From an uncultured bacterium (GTDB taxonomy: Bacteria > Babelota > Babeliae > Babelales > Babelaceae): a DNA stretch of 64,000 bases. A program made the position numbers and the translations under genes. Positions 57,947 through 64,000 of this stretch are shown piece after piece (the first letter of the stretch is position 1; every line of letters begins with the position of its first letter). The notes beneath the pieces are model-generated. The model was not told where the DNA came from. It ran no database searches and saw nothing but the letters and a program-made list of their open reading frames with translations. The stretch is taken from assembly GCA_963713855.1 (NCBI GenBank), contig OY970209.1, positions 960,001 to 1,024,000 of the forward strand. Reading direction: 5' to 3'.

Positions 57947-58999
57947 GTGAGTGAAAAAGTAGTAAAAGATACGGAGTTAAGCTCCAAGCAAAAGGCTCTT
58001 GAAGTTGTCTTTTCCCAGATAGATAAAGCGTACGGCAAAGGCTCTGTGATGCTTCTCGGGCAGAACTCGGCCACCCAAATAGAAACTGTTTCTACAGGCT
58101 CTCTCCTTATTAATAGTGCTATTGGTGCGGGCGGATTTCCCCGTGGGCGCGTTACGGAAGTGTATGGACCAGAAGCGTCTGGTAAGACTACATTGGCGCT
58201 CCATGCGATTGCAGAGTGCCAGCGGTCGGGAGGAATTTGTGCTTTTATTGATGCGGAGCATGCTCTTGATCCTGTATATTCAAGTAAGCTTGGCATCAAT
58301 ATCAACGATCTTATTATTTCTCAGCCCGATTATGGCGAACAGGCTTTGGATATAGCCGAGATGCTTATTCGCTCTGGTGCTGTAGATCTCATCGTTATCG
58401 ACTCTGTTGCAGCGCTTGTTCCTAAAGCTGAGTTAGAAGGCGATATGGGAGATCACCATGTCGGCCTTCAGGCACGTCTTATGTCGCAAGCTTTAAGAAA
58501 ATTGACTCCTGTGGTTCACAAATCAAAAACGGTTCTTATCTTTATTAACCAGATACGGCAAAACATTAACGCAATGGCATTTGCCAATAAAGAGGTAACA
58601 ACGGGTGGTAATGCCCTTAAGTTTTATGCTTCTTTAAGGATAGAGGTAAGGCGGATTGAAAGTCTTAAAGATAAAGATGGTGGTCACAAAGGTAATCGAG
58701 TTCGTATCAAGATTGCTAAAAATAAGATGGCTCCTCCTTTTAAATGTGTTGAGGTAGACCTTTTATTTGGCGAAGGCGTGAGTAAAGAGTATGATGTCTT
58801 AGATGCTGCCTTAACGAGTGGAATTATTACGCAATCTGGGTCATGGTTTTCATTTAATGGTGAAAAGATTGCACAGGGACGAGATCAAGTTGCACATACG
58901 CTTAAAGGGGACGCAAAATTCATGGCGGACGTCAGGCAGCGTGTACTTGAGGCTCTAAAAAATAATGTCAAAATTGATCAGCTTGTACGCGAAGAGTAA
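57947..58999 (+). CDS. recA: Recombinase RecA
   Basis: GPEASGKTT, FIDAEHALDP, IDSVAALVP, GGNALKFYAS. Confidence 0.99.
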   Translation: MSEKVVKDTELSSKQKALEVVFSQIDKAYGKGSVMLLGQNSATQIETVSTGSLLINSAIGAGGFPRGRVTEVYGPEASGKTTLALHAIAECQRSGGICAFIDAEHALDPVYSSKLGININDLIISQPDYGEQALDIAEMLIRSGAVDLIVIDSVAALVPKAELEGDMGDHHVGLQARLMSQALRKLTPVVHKSKTVLIFINQIRQNINAMAFANKEVTTGGNALKFYASLRIEVRRIESLKDKDGGHKGNRVRIKIAKNKMAPPFKCVEVDLLFGEGVSKEYDVLDAALTSGIITQSGSWFSFNGEKIAQGRDQVAHTLKGDAKFMADVRQRVLEALKNNVKIDQLVREE

Positions 59000-59005
59000 A
59001 AAGAA

Positions 59006-59572
59006 ATGACGTTATCTAAAACAAAACCAAATGAACCGGGTCCTTTTATTAATGAAAGGATCAGATATGAAAAACTTCAGCTTATTATGTCTGATGGTAA
59101 GAATGAAGGCGTCGTGACGCGAGACTTTGCGTTACGTGCCGCACGTGAAGCTGGCTTAGATTTAGTAATTATTGCCGAAAGTGGTAAGGACGGTATTCCC
59201 GTCGCAAAAATTATGGACTACGGTAAGGCGGTGTATGCTAAAAGGAAGCAAGTCGCTGATGCTCGCAAAAAGCAACACGTTATCCAGATTAAAGAACTGA
59301 AAATTCGTCCTAAGATTGGCGAGCACGATTTTCAAACGAAAATGAATCAGGCTCTGGGCTTTCTTAAAGAAGGTAAAAGGGTTAAATTTACGCTAGTCTT
59401 TAGGGGTCGTGAGAATGCTATGAAACAGGAACACAGTGCGGTTCTGTTTGACAAAATTTACCAGGTCTTAACGAATTCCGATGTTGCAGCATTGCTCATT
59501 CAAGAAAAATCTGAAAGAGAAGGTCCTGGCGATGGTATGCTCTACAGGGTATATTACTTAAAAAATAAATGA
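59006..59572 (+). CDS. infC: Translation initiation factor IF-3
   Basis: INERI, GLDLV, KIMDYGK, KELKIRPKIGEHD, FRGRE. Confidence 0.96.
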   Translation: MTLSKTKPNEPGPFINERIRYEKLQLIMSDGKNEGVVTRDFALRAAREAGLDLVIIAESGKDGIPVAKIMDYGKAVYAKRKQVADARKKQHVIQIKELKIRPKIGEHDFQTKMNQALGFLKEGKRVKFTLVFRGRENAMKQEHSAVLFDKIYQVLTNSDVAALLIQEKSEREGPGDGMLYRVYYLKNK

Positions 59573-59582
59573 GGGGGATTAA

Positions 59583-59777
59583 ATGCCTAAAGTCAAAACC
59601 CATTCTGGGGCAAAAAAAAGACTAAAAAAATTGAAAAGCGGATTGGTTAAAGGTGCTCATGCAGGTCGAAGAAAAAAATTATCGCATAAGACTGCAAAGA
59701 GAAAGCGCTTTTTGCGCACTAAGCTTATGGTTTGTCCCGCAGATCTTGGTCGCGTGCTGCAAGTTTTACCTTATTAA
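59583..59777 (+). CDS. rpmI: 50S ribosomal protein L35
   Basis: MPKVKTHSGAKKR; lies between infC and rplT. Confidence 0.95.
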   Translation: MPKVKTHSGAKKRLKKLKSGLVKGAHAGRRKKLSHKTAKRKRFLRTKLMVCPADLGRVLQVLPY

Positions 59778-59798
59778 TAATGACGACTAGGAACTGAT

Positions 59799-60146
59799 AT
59801 GACTCGAATAAAACGTGGTATCGTTGTAAAAAAGCGCCATAAACGTTTATTAAAACAAACGAAAGGCAATTGGGGACAACGAAAGAATGTTTTCAAGCGC
59901 GCAAAGCAGACATTGATGCGTGCTTTAGCATTTGCTTTTAAAGGCCGCAAGTTAAGAAAGCGTGATGTGCGCTCACTTTTTATTGTCCGTATTAAAGCTG
60001 CGGTACAAGGGCGCGGATTGAAATATAGTACCTTTATACACTCTCTTAAAAAGTCGAATATAGAGCTTAATCGAAAGATGTTGAGCCAATTAGCTGTTTA
60101 TGACCCGGCGGCTTTTGATCGAGTTATTGAGTGCACTAAACAGTAA
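59799..60146 (+). CDS. rplT: 50S ribosomal protein L20
   Basis: MTRIKRG...LNRKMLSQLA. Confidence 0.96.
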   Translation: MTRIKRGIVVKKRHKRLLKQTKGNWGQRKNVFKRAKQTLMRALAFAFKGRKLRKRDVRSLFIVRIKAAVQGRGLKYSTFIHSLKKSNIELNRKMLSQLAVYDPAAFDRVIECTKQ

Positions 60147-60230
60147 GATCCTTGACTTTCAAAGGGCGCCATTATTAAAATCAGGGACGTTGGTTTAAAT
60201 GCTTGTGCACGTCTAAAAAGGGAGAAGCTA

Positions 60231-60563
60231 ATGGAGCAATTGGGTGTCCTTGAAAAGAAGCTGATGTTGCTGATTGAGAGTAAGAAGCAAGATGTGCAAC
60301 GGATCGCGGACCTTGCTTCTGAGGTAGATCAACTCAAAGAAGAGAAAGTAGTGTTAAGCGATCAATTTGCGCAAGAGAAGGAAATGGTTCTTCATTTTCA
60401 AGAGGAAAACACGTCCTTGCGCTCGCAGATTGAAAAACTCGAAGATACTTTGCTTGTTCGCCATCAAAATGTGGAAGGCCTCAATCAAGAGCGTGAGCTT
60501 ACTAAAATGGCAGTGGATGATCTTATTAAGAGTATTGACGTCTTGTTTGAAGCTGAGCAGTAG
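60231..60563 (+). CDS. Coiled-coil protein, ZapB-like by position
   Basis: Pure heptad coiled coil immediately upstream of zapA. Confidence 0.65.
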   Translation: MEQLGVLEKKLMLLIESKKQDVQRIADLASEVDQLKEEKVVLSDQFAQEKEMVLHFQEENTSLRSQIEKLEDTLLVRHQNVEGLNQERELTKMAVDDLIKSIDVLFEAEQ

Positions 60564-60565
60564 CG

Positions 60566-60847
60566 ATGAATACGATGAAAAAATACAAGGTTTCGATTTT
60601 TGGAGAATCGTATACTCTTGTAAGCGATGAACCTGAAGAGCTTCTTACTGAGTCTGCAAAACACATTGATGAGCTTATGAGGCACTTGGCGGAAAAATCG
60701 GGGTTATCAGAGACGAAGCGTATTGCAGTACTCGCTTCATTACATGTCGCTACGAAGCTAAAACAACAAGAAGTTGAGCTTGAGCGCTTTGCCATTAAGG
60801 AGCTTGAACTTGCGCAGCGTATAGATAGCGAGCTTCTATCTTCTTGA
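60566..60847 (+). CDS. zapA: Cell division protein ZapA
   Basis: VSIFGESYTL, AKHIDELM, IAVLASL; upstream of rny. Confidence 0.85.
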   Translation: MNTMKKYKVSIFGESYTLVSDEPEELLTESAKHIDELMRHLAEKSGLSETKRIAVLASLHVATKLKQQEVELERFAIKELELAQRIDSELLSS

Positions 60848-60952
60848 ATATAAAAAGTGCTGCAGGGATGTAGACTTGTGGCACTCATTTTCCTTACGCG
60901 GGCATCCATAGGGACCAACTGGGAGAATTGCAACGATGAAAGGAAATGCTGT

Positions 60953-62512
60953 ATGTTCGCAGCACTTATCCCTACGGTGGGTGCTCTACTACTCACCATT
61001 GGTAGTTTGTTACTTTTACTAGCAAAGAAGAAATTTGATCGTGCTCGTCAACTATTGCTTGAAGCGCAAAACAAGCATGAAGAAGTAAAAAAGGAAGTTG
61101 AGACCGAGCGTCGAGAAGCATCTTTAAAATTAAAAGACGAGCTTTATAAAAAGCGCAGCGAGTTTGAACTTGAGATAAAGAGAGAGCGTGTTGAGCTTGA
61201 GCGGTTCCAAACAAAATTGAACGTAAAATACGAAACAATCGAAAAAAAAGAGCAGAGACTAGAAGAAACGCAGAGAGAATCTCAGCAAAAAGAGCGGTCG
61301 CTGTCCCGATTGAGCGATCAGCTGCGTATCCACGAGCAAAAATTAAAGCAGCTCTATGAAGATTTAATTACTAAGCTTGAGCACGTTGCTGGCATGACCC
61401 GAGATGAAGCGCGTCAAACGCTTTTTGAAACACTCCAAGCCGAAGTCAAGCATACCCAAGAAAAATGGATACAAAAGGTCGAGGAAGAATCAAAGGCCGT
61501 GGCTAAAGAAAAAGCTGTCGACGCTGTCGTTACGGCTATGCAGCGATACGTGGCGGATCAAGTTTCTGCACATTCCTCCTGTGTGGTCCATCTTCCCAAC
61601 GAGGAAATGAAAGGACGTGTCATTGGCAAGGAAGGGCGTAATATTAAGGCTCTTGAAATGGCTACTGGCATGGAATTTGTCATTGGGGATACTCCAGAAG
61701 TTATAACAATATCCGGTTTTAATCCTATTCGACGGGAAGTTGCCCGGCGCTCGCTTGAGCGTCTCATTACTGATGGCCGTATTAATCCTACGCGTATTGA
61801 GGAAACAGTTACTCAATGCGAAAAAGACATCGAAGAGATGATTGAGGAGTATGGTAAAAAAACCATTTTGCAGTTCAACCTCCAGGGAATTAAACAGGAA
61901 ATGGTTTCGTTACTGGGCCGGCTTCACTTTAGAACGAGTTATTCTCAAAATGTGCTTACGCACAGTGTCGAGGTTGGCCTTTTTGCGCGTGTTTTGGCCG
62001 AAGAATTGGGCCTCCCAAATCCGGAGCTTGCTTTAAGGGGTGGCTTACTCCATGACATTGGTAAAGCTTTATCGGCTGAGCATGACGGTCCTCATGCGCT
62101 TCTTGGTGCAGAGGTGGCAAAAAGGTGCGGTGAAGATCCACTTGTTGTCAATGCAATAGGTGCTCACCATGAAGAGATTTCTTTTGCTTCTATCTATAGC
62201 CCTCTTGTAATGATAGCTGATACTATTTCAGCCTCTCGCCCTGGTGCACGCCGTGAAACGCTTACTGCGTACGTAAAGCGCCTTGAAAAGCTTGAAGATT
62301 TAGCGGCCCATTTTGTTGGTGTCAAAAAAGCATATGCGCTGCAGGCTGGGCGAGAAATTCGTGTTATTGTTGAGGAGGATATGCTCGATGATGACAAGGC
62401 GCTCGTTTTAGCTCGTACACTTGCAGAGCGGATCTCTCGAGAAATGACCTTTCCTGGGCAAATTAAAGTAAACGTAATACGCGAAAAGCGCGCTATAGAG
62501 TACGCAAGATAA
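60953..62512 (+). CDS. rny: Ribonuclease Y
   Basis: N-terminal TM, coiled coil, KH (KGRVIGKEGRNI), HD (LLHDIGK); start at ATG 60953 after AAAGGA. Confidence 0.97.
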   Translation: MFAALIPTVGALLLTIGSLLLLLAKKKFDRARQLLLEAQNKHEEVKKEVETERREASLKLKDELYKKRSEFELEIKRERVELERFQTKLNVKYETIEKKEQRLEETQRESQQKERSLSRLSDQLRIHEQKLKQLYEDLITKLEHVAGMTRDEARQTLFETLQAEVKHTQEKWIQKVEEESKAVAKEKAVDAVVTAMQRYVADQVSAHSSCVVHLPNEEMKGRVIGKEGRNIKALEMATGMEFVIGDTPEVITISGFNPIRREVARRSLERLITDGRINPTRIEETVTQCEKDIEEMIEEYGKKTILQFNLQGIKQEMVSLLGRLHFRTSYSQNVLTHSVEVGLFARVLAEELGLPNPELALRGGLLHDIGKALSAEHDGPHALLGAEVAKRCGEDPLVVNAIGAHHEEISFASIYSPLVMIADTISASRPGARRETLTAYVKRLEKLEDLAAHFVGVKKAYALQAGREIRVIVEEDMLDDDKALVLARTLAERISREMTFPGQIKVNVIREKRAIEYAR

Positions 62513-62516
62513 CTAT

Positions 62517-63308
62517 ATGAATAATCTTCGAGTTTTAATAATTGGTGACGTAGTCGGTAATCCTGGTCAGTCAATTCTGCAAAAATCATTACCAGCTCTC
62601 AAAGATTCCCTCAAATACGATGCTCTTATTGTAAATGGTGAAAACAGCGCTGACGGCAAAGGTATTACGTCACACATAATGCACTTTTTTAAAAGTCTCG
62701 GTGTACATATGGTTACTTCTGGAAACCATATATGGCAAAAAAGAGAAATTTGTTCCTACTTTAGCGAGTATCAGGACCTTTTAAGGCCAGTGAACTTTCC
62801 GAGCGGCTGCCCAGGCAGCGGCATAGGCCTTTTTACCGTGCAGGGAACTACCGTAGGCGTTATCAACGTTCAGGGGCGAGCATTTATGCGCGAATTTGTT
62901 GGTTGCCCCATCCGTGCAGTAGAATCGGCGCTAACGTTTTTAAAAACCCGCACAAAAATTGTCATTGTTGACATGCATGCCGAAACGACATCCGAAAAAG
63001 TTGCTTTAGGCCTCTATTTTGATGGCCAGGTAAGCGCAGTTGTTGGCACGCATACCCACGTGCAAACTGCCGATGAAAGAATTTTGCCTCAAGGTACCGC
63101 CTATATTACCGATCTTGGAATGTGCGGTGCTCTTAACTCAGTTATCGGAGTCAAAAAAGACGCAATCATTTACAACATGCTCACTCAAATGCCGACACGC
63201 TTCGATATAGAGACCACACCCCCGCTCATCCTTTCTGGGGTATGGATAGACATCGACAAGGCTTCAGGTAAGGCCGTCGATATCGGTCGAGTTCGTGTCA
63301 TAGAATAA
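62517..63308 (+). CDS. ymdB: YmdB-like metallophosphoesterase (TIGR00282)
   Basis: IGDVVG, NGEN, TSGNH, DMHAETTSEK, GTHTHVQTADERIL. Confidence 0.93.
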   Translation: MNNLRVLIIGDVVGNPGQSILQKSLPALKDSLKYDALIVNGENSADGKGITSHIMHFFKSLGVHMVTSGNHIWQKREICSYFSEYQDLLRPVNFPSGCPGSGIGLFTVQGTTVGVINVQGRAFMREFVGCPIRAVESALTFLKTRTKIVIVDMHAETTSEKVALGLYFDGQVSAVVGTHTHVQTADERILPQGTAYITDLGMCGALNSVIGVKKDAIIYNMLTQMPTRFDIETTPPLILSGVWIDIDKASGKAVDIGRVRVIE

Positions 63309-63463
63309 GTTGTCCTAGCGCTTTCTCTTACCGTTTCTCTCATAAAAAAGTACCTAAAATTATTGCATTTTATAATTGCACTTTTGTATTATTGTAGTGT
63401 ATTAAAGTGAAGAAATGCATAATTTTTTTACACAAATTGTTTCAATCTTATAGGAGATTTACT

Positions 63464-63664
63464 ATGGCAGATACTAACAATCGCGGTATGAAGGGTCATC
63501 CTTCTGAAGCTGAAAAAACGCATGGTACTCAAATGGGTACAGAGCATAGATCAGAAAAAGGCGCAAGTTCAACTGGTGATATGGGTGCTGGAAAGACTAC
63601 AACTCGCCAGATGCCTTCGGATGTCTCTGCTGGCGCCAAAGACGCAGGTCACAAAGAAAAGTAA
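63464..63664 (+). CDS. Small hydrophilic (hydrophilin-like) protein
   Basis: AGGAG SD; MADTNNRGMKGHP...; Gly/Thr/charged, no aromatic residues. Confidence 0.7.
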   Translation: MADTNNRGMKGHPSEAEKTHGTQMGTEHRSEKGASSTGDMGAGKTTTRQMPSDVSAGAKDAGHKEK

Positions 63665-63694
63665 AAAGCTTTTATCTACTTATTAGGAGAAGCG

Positions 63695-63823
63695 ATGGCT
63701 AAACGTAATAAGCAAAAAAAGGCAGCACAGCAAGCTAATGCGATGCCTCAACAAGGCCAGCAAGCAAAGCAAGCTGCACCTCAGAGTCAAACAAGTCCAC
63801 AAGGACAGAAACAAGGAAAGTAG
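63695..63823 (+). CDS. Unannotated 42-aa Gln/Lys/Ala-rich peptide
   Basis: AGGAG SD; MAKRNKQKKAAQQANAMPQQGQQAKQAAPQSQTSPQGQKQGK*. Confidence 0.65.
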   Translation: MAKRNKQKKAAQQANAMPQQGQQAKQAAPQSQTSPQGQKQGK

Positions 63824-63832
63824 GAGTTAGTT

Positions 63833-63988
63833 ATGAACAAGAGAACATTAGCAATATTTGCATTATTATTAGGTTCAAGTGCAGCTTTAGCCCCGGCATT
63901 GCATAGATGGGGATACGGTTGGGGAAATGGTTGTTGCGATCGTTGCGCTAGCTGCGATGGTTACTCTCGCGGATGGGGCTGGTGGTAA
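63833..63988 (+). CDS. Unannotated 51-aa secreted Gly/Trp/Cys-rich peptide
   Basis: AGGAG SD; MNKRTLAIFALLLGSSAALA-PALHRWGYGWGNGCCDRCASCDGYSRGWGWW*. Confidence 0.7.
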   Translation: MNKRTLAIFALLLGSSAALAPALHRWGYGWGNGCCDRCASCDGYSRGWGWW

Positions 63989-64000
63989 TAACACCATAAC

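Noticed and set aside
60857..60952. N-terminal extension of rny
   Set aside because: The SD and TM anchor support ATG 60953.

Overview
A 64 kb AT-rich bacterial chromosomal segment. The gene content suggests a host-associated intracellular bacterium, most plausibly Candidatus Dependentiae/Babelota (TM6). That assignment is inference from an ankyrin protein, an ATP-dependent DNA ligase and many orphan signal-peptide proteins. Housekeeping genes: ftsH 3' end, rpmB, rpsT, rnhA, TatD, HU, serS, secD, PMM/PGM, galU, dnaK, carD, miaA, recA, infC-rpmI-rplT, zapA, rny, YmdB-like, and three tRNAs (Ile2-CAT, Leu-GAG, Met-CAT). These are interleaved with accessory blocks of secreted orphans, often as tandem paralogues. 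The most notable observations are: (1) a signal-peptide DOT1-like methyltransferase; (2) a MerA-like reductase lacking its Cys-Cys tail, overlapped by an unannotated 43-aa ORF ending in CCG; (3) a divergent pair of AAA+/DUF4143 genes with 33-bp and 32-bp periodic repeat arrays between them, plus an internally deleted third copy; (4) a ~380-bp multi-hairpin non-coding element flanked by direct repeats; (5) a ~95-nt rod-shaped RNA candidate with its own promoter and U-tract; (6) an exported J-domain/beta-barrel-like protein near dnaK; (7) a 28-repeat beta-propeller surface protein; (8) several small Cys-rich or hydrophilic peptides. Five single-base frameshifts, one in ftsH, probably reflect assembly errors. 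No CRISPR array, rRNA or intact transposase was seen.
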